Part shown: positions 40,901 through 48,583 of the stretch, in pieces
Position numbering within the stretch: the first letter of the stretch is position 1
How the letters are laid out: the number at the start of each line of letters is the position of its first letter
Origin: Thermoplasmatota archaeon
Lineage (GTDB): Archaea > Thermoplasmatota > JAKEGO01
DNA length: 64,000 nucleotides
Assembly: GCA_028279595.1 (NCBI GenBank)
Contig: JANQNK010000004.1
Location: 96,001-160,000 of the forward strand
Direction of reading: 5' to 3'
Program-made: the position numbers and the translations under genes
Notes under the pieces: generated by a model
The model's input: the letters and a program-made list of their open reading frames with translations, nothing else
Told to the model about the DNA's origin: nothing
The model's database searches: none

Positions 40901-43900
40901 GCCAAGAGACCCCAGGCGAAGAATGGACCGCAGCAGGAAGGGGGCGCAAAGGACGCACCGAAGAAGAAGGTCGCAAGGCCGAAGAAGAAGGGGCCGAAGG
41001 GTCCGTTCTGCCTTGTCCTGATGGTACTGATGATAGGGCTGTTGGGTGTTGCCTCCGGCGAGCAGCTCACGCTCGCCGACGTGGACCTTGACGGAGCGGA
41101 CGACGTTGCCGTAGGATTCCCCGATGATGACTCCATTGGTTACGCGACTGGACCCCTGTCACGGGGAGAAGTGGCACTGACCACCGTCGAGGGCCAGGCA
41201 GGCTCGGGATACGGTTACGCCCTCGCATCGACGAACGGGACACTGGCCGTCATGGCGCATTCCAATGCATCCACGGTCGTCTACCTCTACGATGCGTTCG
41301 GCACCTGGGACAGCTTCGATTCGAACATATCGACGATCTCGCCCTCCGGAGTGAACTCGCTCGCTGTCGGGGACTACGATGGCGATGACGAGGTCGACAT
41401 CGCGGTCGCTTCATCGGCAGGCACCGTTCGGGTGTACTTCGGCCCCGAGTACTCATCGACCATGACGATCGATGTTCCCGCGTCCGGGGACATCGCCCTG
41501 GTGCTCGAGGACATCGACGGCTCCGGCGAGGACGAGCTGGTGGTCGGAGTACCGTCCATCGGCATCGTCCTGATATTCGAAGGAGGGGTCGATTACCAGA
41601 CCCAGTTGATCGCGCCCGACCTGGAGGACATGGAGTCCGGCATCAACCTGACATGGGAGGACGACGGCCTCATGCTCGCGAGACTGGGCGAGATCGAGAA
41701 CGGAGACGGCTCTGACGGCATGGTTGGTTGGTGGACCACGGACAACAGGGACGGGAACGAGAACGGTTTGATCCGTCTCCTCGACGGAGACATTGGAAGC
41801 TGGAAGGTCAGCCCAGACAGCGGAGCACCGACCGTCGGTTTCGGCTCGAACCGGGACACAATGGTCCAGGACGGGGAGAACAAGGCATATTCCGGCACAC
41901 TTTGCAGTCCATCGTTCGAGATACCCGACAACGTGGAATACCTCCACCTGTGGTACCGTTACGTCCTGGCCAGCTTCGATAGATGGGAGGGCGTCTATGT
42001 CGATATCTACAACGATGTGAACAACAACAAGCTCCTCAGTGTACATCAGAGGAGGTTCGGTGACAACGGTAACTGGAGAACCTACGAGGAGTCGAAGATC
42101 ATCGAGGTGTCGAGCTTCCAGGGATACACTGTCTACTTCGGCGGAGAACTGGACGGCGACGACGGACGTGATTCCGCCCTCATAACCATGGACGACATCT
42201 ACTTCTCCGACGAAGAGGGCAACATAGCCCGCAAGGACACGGGACACTACGTTTCCTATCCCCAGACGGTGGGATTCAACATAACGTCGGTGGTTCCGAT
42301 ATGGGACGCTGACCTGAACGGCGAGGAGATAGAGATCAGGGCGAGGGCGTCATCGAGCGTTCCCTGGACCTCGATCGAACCGCTCGAGAACTCGGTATTG
42401 AACGAGCTGTCCGTCGCCGGGACCGCCTTCGAGTACAACATCACATTGAGGTCGGATAACATCGGCATCAGCCCGGTACTTAGGAGCCTGACCTTCGAGC
42501 TCATGTCCGCTCCGGGAGCGGTCATCAAGGGCAAGGCCAACACCGGCTTCGGGTCCACGCTGAAGGTGTCGGTGGACCATGACACGCTAGTCGTTGGTTC
42601 CCCGACCTACTTCACGAAGGGATCGGCGTTCGGTTACGACCTTCCCTCCATCGGGGACAGTCTCACGCTCGCAAACACGACGTTCACCGTGGAAACGAAC
42701 GAACTCGATGCCGGTCTTGGTACGGGAGTCGCCCTGGCTGACCTGACCGGGGACGGTATGGCAGAGGTCCTGGTCTCGGCGCCAATGGCGAGGTTTAAGG
42801 CCGACGACGGTGGAGCGGTATACGGGTTCTCGCAGGCATCCGGAGACCTTACGATCAAGGAGTCGGAGGTCCAGTATGCCGGCGACGGTGGACTCGGGAC
42901 AGCGATGGCATCGTGCTGGGACAGGATCGCCGTCCTCGAGGGCGAGACCGTGAGCATCATCGAGGGATGGCACGCCCTCCGTTTCATCACGACGGACGCG
43001 AACTCCTTCCCCGACAATTCGATCTCGATACCGATCTCCATAGAGAACCTGTTCGACGCCGAACAGATCGACCTCGGATTGATACTTCCAGGCAACTGGA
43101 CCGGCCATTTCGAGGACGGTGGCACGGTCACATCGGTTTCTGTAGGCGCTGGAACGACCAAGAACCTGACCCTGGTGGTCGATATCCCCGAGACGGCGTC
43201 GGACGACGACTTCGAGGTCTCACTTATCGGGATCGGTGCGGACGGGATCGCTTACAACGTCTCCACGCTCACTGTGGACGTGTTCATCCCGGACATCTAT
43301 CCGAACTATCTCTTCATGCTCAGGGGCGACGGATGGAACGCCACCGACAATTCACGTCACCTGATAGCGGGAGAGGTCGCCAACATAACGGTGGAGTTCT
43401 ACACGATCAGCGATTCGCCGCTTCCCGAGATAACGATCACTTTCTTCGAGGAGTACAATACAGGTTCGTCGTGGGACTATTCGGTCATCGACAACTTCAC
43501 GGTACAGCCGGTCCCGGGGGAGAGCACATGGCTCAGCACCGACTGGACACCCTTCACGGACGGCGAGTTCTACATCGGCGCGATGATCGACTCGCTCGAG
43601 ACCGTGCTTGAGACTGACGAGGACAATGAGATCAAGTACAAGAGGGACATACTCGACGACATTCCTGAAAGCGTTTACACCATCAGCGGAAAGGTGTTCG
43701 ACACCGACAACACGACAGTGAACGCATCGATAACCGTCTCCGGACCTAGGGGATACATGGACTCGTTCACCTCGAGCGATTCCGGAGATTACTCCACCGT
43801 GATCGACAACAGCAGCTATTTCGAGGGCGAGGTGTTCTGGATCAACGCGACCCTTTCCGGACCTCCCGGTTCTGCATCGGAGTCGATCGCACTCTACTCA

Positions 43901-46900
43901 GAGGATGTAGGTTCCGAGATCGATCTCGACCTCCACTTCGATGGGGTCGACGTCGCGCTGGAAGAATTCGACGACGCCACAGGGACGGTCGATATCTCGA
44001 TCCTGAGGTACGGTGACGGGATGGCCGATGACACTGTGGTGGCGGGACTCCCGGTCACCCTGGAGATCGAGGTAAAGAACAGGGGAACCGACGATGTGTC
44101 AGTGGACGCGTCCTTCTGGACGAACACGTCCATCGGTTCCGTGGTGAGGACGGTGGACGCGCTGTCCGCGGACAGGATTAATATCTCGTGGACCCCGGCC
44201 TCGGCGGGAACATACGACCTATACGTCCAGCTCAATGCGAGCGGTGACATATATTCCGCCAATGACATGGGTTCCAGACTGTCGGTGGTATGCATTCCGA
44301 GGACGCCTTCGATGGACATCTGGATCAACGGAACGGTATTTGACACGGAGGGAGACCCACTCTCCGGCGTGCAGGTGCCTGTCGAGAACCTTGGTTCGTC
44401 ATGGATGAACAGTTCGATAATCACGAACGGCACTGGCTGGTTCTCGACCCTGATCAACATGTCATCATATCTCGAGGGAGACAGGATCGACATCAACGTG
44501 TCGCACAGCGGGAACTGGGGGAACACGACGATCCACCTCTTCTCGTACGACGGCGACCACGACGTGACCCTCCTGCTGAGGAGGTACGGGGTCGGACTCA
44601 CGGGCGACGCTTCCGCGAAGGTAATGCCGTGGGACATGGCGATGTATCAGCTCAACCTCTCGAGCGGTGCGAACTTCAACGACACGTTCACCGTAAGGGC
44701 ATCCGGGGTCCCGTCCGGCTGGGACCACTACTTCCTCTACGGCAATGGTTCCATGGTGAGTCCGTTCTCTTGGGGCCTTGATCCCGATGGTTCGATCGAG
44801 CTTTACCTGGTGATGTGGACAGAGACCGATCCATGGCTGGTCCTTCCGGACACGTACGCTGTTACGGTGAGGGCTTTCATGGACTCTCATCCTACCACAT
44901 CGGTCGACCTCATGGTCTCGCTGGAGGTCCTTCCGACATACAACTTCACACTGACGGGCGTGAACACCAGCTGGTCGGTGGCGCCCAATGGAACGGTCAT
45001 GTTCGAGTATGACCTGACGAACTGGGCGAACGGCAACGTCTCCGTCCTCGTGACGGCGTTCTCTGACGAGCCCGATGTCGGGCTGGTCTACCCGAGCTCG
45101 ATCTCGCTCGGTTACGGCGATACGGAGACCCTTTTCATAGAGGCCACTGCCCCACCTCTGTCGTCGGATATCGAGGCGGGATCCGAGATAGAGATCACCC
45201 TCAAGGTGGCAGCGCTCAACGATTCCAAGATGGACAGATGGGCGACGCCGGTCATGACCGTCGAGGGCATCGTCGCCCTTGAGTGGTCCGGGACCATGGC
45301 CGAGGAGGCGGTCCCGGGCGATGAGGCGGTCTACGAACTGGTCCTTACGAACGTAGGCAATGCCGACTTCTCAGGGAACGTCTCGATCGGGGGTGCCGAT
45401 TTCTATACATGGGTGTACCCGGACGGTGTGGACCTCGGACCTGGAGATTCGGAGACGTTCACGATATTCGCCGAGGCTGACTTCGAGGATATAGGCGGCG
45501 ACAGCCTGCCGGCGGGAACGATGCTCGACTTCAACGTCACGGTCGGCAACGTTACCGCGGACCTTACGCTCACGTCGCTATCGAAGCACTCGATCACGAT
45601 ATCGAGTGACGCGACCGACACCTGGGCGCACCACACGGACGCCCAGACGTTCGAGGTCGTCATCAGGAACAAGGGCAACGTTCCGGAGGACGTCATCATG
45701 TACATGGCCGGAGAGAACACCTCATGGGTGTCCCTCGCGATGGACGACTTCACGCTCGGAATCAACGAGGTGCTCAAGTTCAACCTGACGATCGACCCCG
45801 ATGGTCCGGGGGTTTGCGACATTGCGATCTACGGATCGAGCGATGACGCGGTGTCGAACTCTCTCAATGTGTTCGTGACCTTCGACGATCGGACCGATCA
45901 GGTGCTGGTATATTCACCAGCCTTCATGATAACCGACGATGCGGAGGAGTTCGACTCCTGCGGCGACGCCGTGGTATGGAGGAGCTCGGGCGGGATCCAC
46001 GTCGATGACGGCACCGGGGCGATATCCCTCGGGGATGGATCTCTGCCGACCGTCGGAACCTACGGCGACCTCGTTGGAGTATCGTGGTTCGAGGATGGAT
46101 CTGTGATGTTCGCAACGTCGGCCGGGGATTACGCGACCCAGGAGGTCTCCGACCTGACGCCCGTCCGTTTGGAGGTATCGCCAGGCCCGGTAAGGGCCGT
46201 GGCCATCGACACGGGTTCGGCTATCAAGGTGCTGACGTTCAGCGGCGGGAACTGGACCCAGGCCCACTATCCGCACGGCGACTTCGCCCTGATACCCCAT
46301 GGTGATGAGCTCTATCTACTCCACATCAATTCAACGAACGCCTCCATCAGAACACTCCCGGACGGCGATGTGGTCGAGGAGCTAGACCTCGACGAGGTCC
46401 ACCAGGTCCTGGTCGATGACGCCATCGGGATCCTGGGGGAATACGAGGGCGCGGGCGTTCTCATCTGGGGCGAGCCCGGGGACTGGACAACGACCAAGGG
46501 GCCGGTCTGGGGAGAGGCCCTGATCTCGACCGGACAGTGTCCGATCGCAGTCGGATACACTACTGGGGAGATGGTCCTCAAGAGCGACTGCGGACGCTTC
46601 ACCATGCCGATGAGGCCAACCTGGCCCCTGGCGATGATGGACGGCGGTTATCTGCCCCCGGTACCGACATCAGACCTTGGCGGCGGCGATGCGGTCTATT
46701 ACATCTCCGGTGACTCGCTCTACATGATGCCGCTCGACATGATCGTACGACCCGACGAGACCGGTGAGACCTTCGAGGTGTTCGTGTATGGCAACGCAGA
46801 GGGGTTGACCCCCATCATCGACGGCATGGCGAGCATCGTCTCCTCGGATGTCAACACTACGACTGGTATCGTCTCGGTGACGATCGTATCGGACCCGGTC

Positions 46901-48583
46901 GAGGCGGGTGAATCATATCCGCTCTCCATCTCGCTCATGGATGGCAGCGGATCCACCAATGGGCTCGGGTTCATAATGATCCCCAGGAGCTACGTCCAGA
47001 TAGACGTCCTGTCGGTCGAAGGGGACGTCATGCCTGGTGACACTTCATCCGTGGAGTTCGAGGTCGTCAACAACGGGACCGGGACGGAGAGCATGCTGAT
47101 CAAGTTCACACTACCGGACGGATGGACCGCCGACCATGACGTGTCCATCAGCCTGGATGCCGGAGAGACGGACACCTTCACGGTCGACCTCACACTACTC
47201 ACCGAGGAGGACGGTTCGAACATCGTGCTCTATCTCAACGGGTCCGAGGACAGGAGTTTCGACTTCACCCTCGGGACCCTGACACCGATGCCGTCGGCCG
47301 TCATCCTGTCACTCGACCAGGCGGTCTCGTTCAGGAACGTCAACTTCATCGCGGAGGAGGGGTACGGCGAGAACTGGACCTGGACGTTCGGCGACGGCAG
47401 CGTCGTGGAGGGCATGGAGATAAGTCACGCCTTCGGAAGACCTGGCGAGTACATGGTCACACTGACGGTCACGAACTCCGTCGGAGTGGACCGGGCCTAC
47501 AAGAACGTCACGATTACCAACCTCGTTCCCGAGGTGAGGATAGGGCCGGTCTCGGATGCCGAGTCAGGCTCGGTGGTCCAGATAACGGCGGCGGGAACCG
47601 TGGACAGAGACGGGACCATCGTCTCGTACACCTGGACGTTCAGCGACGGCGGTTCGGCCTCCGGAGCGGTGGTCAGCCACAAGTTCTCGACGACGGGGAT
47701 CAATGTGATCACCCTCAACGTCACCGACGAGCTCGGCGGCACGAACTGGACCACCTACAGTTTCAATGTGACATCCAAGGACGATGGTTCGGCGCTCGGA
47801 GACCTGGCAACGAAGATCGGTCTCGTCGTCGGGATCCTCATAATACTGATACTGATAATACTCGTTCTGATCGGGAAGATCGGACTGAAGAGGAAGGCCG
47901 CACCGGTGAAGCAGGAGCCCGTAGAGAAGAAGCCGCCTGCGAAGAAGCCCCGTGCGGGCGAGGGTCCACCGAAGAAGAAGGCGTCCCGTGGACCGCCCGT
48001 TGCCGGAGCTCCGGTCAAGCGGAAGGTCAGGAAGCCGGTTCCCGAGAAGGGGACGCCCCAGGATGAGGAGGCCTTCGCCGAGGTCCCGCCACCGGAAGAG
48101 GCCCCTCCGGCGGATGAAGTGCCCGAGACACCTCCGGAGGACGAGAAGCCATCCGCCTTCGTTCCAATGGGAAAGAAGGAGAAACCGGTCCTTCCGACAG
48201 GGCCAGCCGAGGAGGAGACCCCGGCCCCGGTGGAAGAAAGGGCGAGCGCGTTCACCACGAAGGACGCCCGGAAGAAACCCGTTCTCCCGACGGCGGTGGA
48301 TGAGCCGCCAGCACCTGAGGAGGCTCCGACACCGCCTCCCGCGGAGGAGCCCCCAGCGTGGGAGCCGCCCACGCCAGCTCCTGAGCCACCTGTGATGGAG
48401 CCGGAACCTGCTCCGGTCGCACCGGCACCGATCGTGGAGGAGCCACCAGTCGAAGAGACCACCCCGCCCATGGACGAACCTCCTGAGGAGGAGAAGGTGG
48501 ACGAGGGCGAGATCTCACAGCAGCTCGACGACCTCGAAGCCCTTATGAAGAAGCTCGACGGTTACACCGAGGAAGAGGAGTGA
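31940..48583 (+). CDS. Giant (~5,550 aa) surface protein made of two tandem FG-GAP/lectin/CARDB/NEW3/PKD ectodomains, each ending in a TM helix
   Basis: GGTGA RBS plus signal peptide; FG-GAP repeats; PA14 domain (~32450-32860); repeated N.GN Ig-like domains; PKD motifs (WTFGDG); TM at ~40427-40483; signal-like segment at ~40960-41059; TM at ~47816-47875; Pro/Glu tail. Confidence 0.85.
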   Translation: MTKHIAVGIIAVVSLAMLVFCTPVSADFGDDILFAEIGGETGPDMIVADAEAGTGGEVYILLDPDEGNLTVSDADITLTGAAGSMFGSGVSFTDMNDDNVTDLIVGAPMADNGNGTVYLFLGPIANGSYQNANITLDAPEDTLGFGASVQASEINGDTRPDIAIASIYQPGGNGLVGSYYDDIDLSELMYVQVDDDIDFNWGLGAPTNLSADTFSIRWTGLLYCEETGEHTFWVDADDAIRVYIDGDMVIDAWGGAPNASEGVYLLEGYHDIKVEYADDTLDAYVNLNWTTAYSSGPVPTANLVPSLSSPLFIVNGKTNLSNLEVSDILVGEVMGSTFGSEMIDSDEGLVVGSWSTGHVFIHDADTAGDTETYYAYPQYKGSGDETGEPVSDLWGDDNNYYEVERGNSEDDLEIDTFYIYQLPAIARQYGEIAGVNLLVRWSTDQYYIWQGNGDMNYVQFAIEGDAYEDLVQPTRTTTEATITGNLYNKGVDTYGEIEDLNIHFNNGDVGSSADSVYFEFILVEIEVSLPVMDEYVDGPASFGMSLASYGDDLYVGAPYAGPMTNDHELVGMSGGGSAYSFDMTSLPDAAAEAGGILFGTPGSEFGSSLATADGMLAIGAPEAFLADDTGAVFLAEDMDLSGSGLCPYGSGNAGTVVAMNGTLLAAGNPETDTIHLIDITDAPTMEVDRSDSVHVPTSEQYTIDISSTGVLAITSYTIPAWDSDFNGTDWIRMSAGDLDMDVDINTAPGHDTPVSIVGRSLDGLTCGLDVIWFRTMEDSFSVDDLHIVRADGKAFASPEGGVAGEVSTVRPFVRYSGPGTTATDVEISTGGSYLNRTVPLPSDLMVLGDNLTVSSYGTEAWRATDQMGSSYTTISLTESHYSWRVIVNGSYLLQRSGSVGLRFYTPVALTFDQVSIARASGDDRNIFDETLTEVSFGGMPYYRAAAGEVFVSDWTDFSIDPDGIYAVSFHTQTNSTNELTYFYGSGIGETYYRTGDYRSDPDWSDNAPSSSAFSAYLISVQSETLPSVSGIVSIPWYSPVGWNSIGWTATTPGGSSVRGSIRTADDVGGMPANWSAWRGPSGEDPYLAPSAMTETSSWIQYRAELVTSDGMAPILHSFYLGTTQGDAVQDEWTTIWDPTWGTGDITGIEMQYRLDSLWTGSVGYHNITVGLGGETGTFMVEMESNAPNGVVTISGRTEDIQAYALTGAAISLSNLRTGSMLNTTSDGSGDYSLDLSSLPGGYIDGEAFIINATHMGSFGTEAFTIYSEDGDRTIDIALELEGLEIFVDLQDTPYGQRFIRMNRESDGAETDTPVEGEDTLLSARIGNRGQLDAKNVTLGFFDNGTIIGAEQKLNITSGDVVEIQQWWTPTPGWTNLSVKAWGMWNTEHYFWADLWDSPIDWGGAVDFTTEAYNTPDDLNTWWIDGADPNSSMDGWDWLPFAYGSTDEDYTWLGEPSGEADYVEAGQIEIRIGRYSGWGNSGMDGESSGAFGTQFYIEPDAFAEWTGGKAILRFVWDWDQWSGTEERCSLLGRIRTRNDTLWLGSDVSTAYYPNSSAAIYGKNEDENTNQDFWDQNFVQDVTSIFNQSGHYYLDLGAWVDDTSRKGEGASASFDDISLEFVREVTDQFPDNDEGWMNVTVLPNQPVTPFNASVQFIDNYNLTGLRVNFTSYTTSGSWSLDDRANGTGHYDIGIPAINYTEADMLNIVVDDVLDGVRFLGSYQTVLYSYESPASIVIPLFSYGFSMTPVSTHAVLSPGDSFNYSLMVMSDSNVGVDIYLNVTGLPAGWDVVLSGSNVNKSGGQYTVWVPAYGSVTVTVFLELDEDPLSSLPGNYSWSVDGGAWFGKDSITMLSDVIPVYTFEISDIDVETIVPGGTVFYNVTVLSTGNVDNIIDFNLTAPDNWTVHIPNTALPLAASTSENIVFYITAPDWPGKNMTQGTDYNLTLDGASRHSADADMKAVDLEIGSIHDIRLEGDDMECEPGIPVFYPINITNHGNVRETVTLMLEWNATIGNVSTPTPIVLDPGEWYILDIVFTPSPDYNVSTADRVLEINASYGSALLNARFTVERVYDLHFIVPDTIDTVIGQETEFEVTIENRGNGDATYKIGVSNGIPSTPFMELVTWDPRTLGVKMTPDTEGWSNVTLSLILDSETIGQIAVPIKASRGYIDFVMGDSEVVINDVDAYDISPSTMDMAYISAGNAYYLPANGTAVDLGATNATDIAITNLGSAFIALAKPDAVMVHEVSGNAPYNIVETWNMSVGGTMVEMDSSTYTTDGNAVYLVWIAPGGVKFRSLSNWQSKDWNTVANIYSGTATAIDLVASGSRINIAWGASNGVHYERVSYLGSEDIAPVRVANVAPPTSVALSNPMDLHLAWASNGVVSYATYNGSWSSATRLREGFEVAGAVAGDITSFAISEDFVSVVHPPQGFWQASERGDPSSPTIVWDDGMYVYYLDGDLHVNEIGLPFLMDWGEEAEIDVTLYNRGSRNMDVSPTASVHEDWTADIGSDPVPKGGTGMITLEVKAPYTISSEDSTDVVISLDGIEMVRIPARALGGEVHEVSVEGDLAATPGETLETTLTFTNTGNSHENITIELIVPEGWEMVLDSDSLSIPAGGTGAVGVTVTAPIDTIAQDDLSVNLTFAGTTTVVMAPVAVAPMAPHIGSVNVTTGLSGDMIWMNATVFRALSVEWFLPNGTELSGTEVVGAFDIPGTAVVQLVATNEAGVESTFVNVTIGNRLPTGVDFATGKLKAGESIMLEANGTDPEGTLLTFTWTIEGEEYVGTSVDYRFEEKGTYKVLLTAVDEHGGATEVSHNVVVTGGEEDGVAGMDMIDLMLIISLILLILILLLLLVKKRKAPVAEKALKDESMFEMVHRLWPQYVDTVRDLDPKVADILEQAKLLNYDETTNVLTLGLAEGEDFKKAVMPEVLEVMERGFHDLHGTRVFLFIESGMGAAPKEESGPTLTLVKDEPPKKGGAAEPGAVKKGPRKRKAKRPQAKNGPQQEGGAKDAPKKKVARPKKKGPKGPFCLVLMVLMIGLLGVASGEQLTLADVDLDGADDVAVGFPDDDSIGYATGPLSRGEVALTTVEGQAGSGYGYALASTNGTLAVMAHSNASTVVYLYDAFGTWDSFDSNISTISPSGVNSLAVGDYDGDDEVDIAVASSAGTVRVYFGPEYSSTMTIDVPASGDIALVLEDIDGSGEDELVVGVPSIGIVLIFEGGVDYQTQLIAPDLEDMESGINLTWEDDGLMLARLGEIENGDGSDGMVGWWTTDNRDGNENGLIRLLDGDIGSWKVSPDSGAPTVGFGSNRDTMVQDGENKAYSGTLCSPSFEIPDNVEYLHLWYRYVLASFDRWEGVYVDIYNDVNNNKLLSVHQRRFGDNGNWRTYEESKIIEVSSFQGYTVYFGGELDGDDGRDSALITMDDIYFSDEEGNIARKDTGHYVSYPQTVGFNITSVVPIWDADLNGEEIEIRARASSSVPWTSIEPLENSVLNELSVAGTAFEYNITLRSDNIGISPVLRSLTFELMSAPGAVIKGKANTGFGSTLKVSVDHDTLVVGSPTYFTKGSAFGYDLPSIGDSLTLANTTFTVETNELDAGLGTGVALADLTGDGMAEVLVSAPMARFKADDGGAVYGFSQASGDLTIKESEVQYAGDGGLGTAMASCWDRIAVLEGETVSIIEGWHALRFITTDANSFPDNSISIPISIENLFDAEQIDLGLILPGNWTGHFEDGGTVTSVSVGAGTTKNLTLVVDIPETASDDDFEVSLIGIGADGIAYNVSTLTVDVFIPDIYPNYLFMLRGDGWNATDNSRHLIAGEVANITVEFYTISDSPLPEITITFFEEYNTGSSWDYSVIDNFTVQPVPGESTWLSTDWTPFTDGEFYIGAMIDSLETVLETDEDNEIKYKRDILDDIPESVYTISGKVFDTDNTTVNASITVSGPRGYMDSFTSSDSGDYSTVIDNSSYFEGEVFWINATLSGPPGSASESIALYSEDVGSEIDLDLHFDGVDVALEEFDDATGTVDISILRYGDGMADDTVVAGLPVTLEIEVKNRGTDDVSVDASFWTNTSIGSVVRTVDALSADRINISWTPASAGTYDLYVQLNASGDIYSANDMGSRLSVVCIPRTPSMDIWINGTVFDTEGDPLSGVQVPVENLGSSWMNSSIITNGTGWFSTLINMSSYLEGDRIDINVSHSGNWGNTTIHLFSYDGDHDVTLLLRRYGVGLTGDASAKVMPWDMAMYQLNLSSGANFNDTFTVRASGVPSGWDHYFLYGNGSMVSPFSWGLDPDGSIELYLVMWTETDPWLVLPDTYAVTVRAFMDSHPTTSVDLMVSLEVLPTYNFTLTGVNTSWSVAPNGTVMFEYDLTNWANGNVSVLVTAFSDEPDVGLVYPSSISLGYGDTETLFIEATAPPLSSDIEAGSEIEITLKVAALNDSKMDRWATPVMTVEGIVALEWSGTMAEEAVPGDEAVYELVLTNVGNADFSGNVSIGGADFYTWVYPDGVDLGPGDSETFTIFAEADFEDIGGDSLPAGTMLDFNVTVGNVTADLTLTSLSKHSITISSDATDTWAHHTDAQTFEVVIRNKGNVPEDVIMYMAGENTSWVSLAMDDFTLGINEVLKFNLTIDPDGPGVCDIAIYGSSDDAVSNSLNVFVTFDDRTDQVLVYSPAFMITDDAEEFDSCGDAVVWRSSGGIHVDDGTGAISLGDGSLPTVGTYGDLVGVSWFEDGSVMFATSAGDYATQEVSDLTPVRLEVSPGPVRAVAIDTGSAIKVLTFSGGNWTQAHYPHGDFALIPHGDELYLLHINSTNASIRTLPDGDVVEELDLDEVHQVLVDDAIGILGEYEGAGVLIWGEPGDWTTTKGPVWGEALISTGQCPIAVGYTTGEMVLKSDCGRFTMPMRPTWPLAMMDGGYLPPVPTSDLGGGDAVYYISGDSLYMMPLDMIVRPDETGETFEVFVYGNAEGLTPIIDGMASIVSSDVNTTTGIVSVTIVSDPVEAGESYPLSISLMDGSGSTNGLGFIMIPRSYVQIDVLSVEGDVMPGDTSSVEFEVVNNGTGTESMLIKFTLPDGWTADHDVSISLDAGETDTFTVDLTLLTEEDGSNIVLYLNGSEDRSFDFTLGTLTPMPSAVILSLDQAVSFRNVNFIAEEGYGENWTWTFGDGSVVEGMEISHAFGRPGEYMVTLTVTNSVGVDRAYKNVTITNLVPEVRIGPVSDAESGSVVQITAAGTVDRDGTIVSYTWTFSDGGSASGAVVSHKFSTTGINVITLNVTDELGGTNWTTYSFNVTSKDDGSALGDLATKIGLVVGILIILILIILVLIGKIGLKRKAAPVKQEPVEKKPPAKKPRAGEGPPKKKASRGPPVAGAPVKRKVRKPVPEKGTPQDEEAFAEVPPPEEAPPADEVPETPPEDEKPSAFVPMGKKEKPVLPTGPAEEETPAPVEERASAFTTKDARKKPVLPTAVDEPPAPEEAPTPPPAEEPPAWEPPTPAPEPPVMEPEPAPVAPAPIVEEPPVEETTPPMDEPPEEEKVDEGEISQQLDDLEALMKKLDGYTEEEE

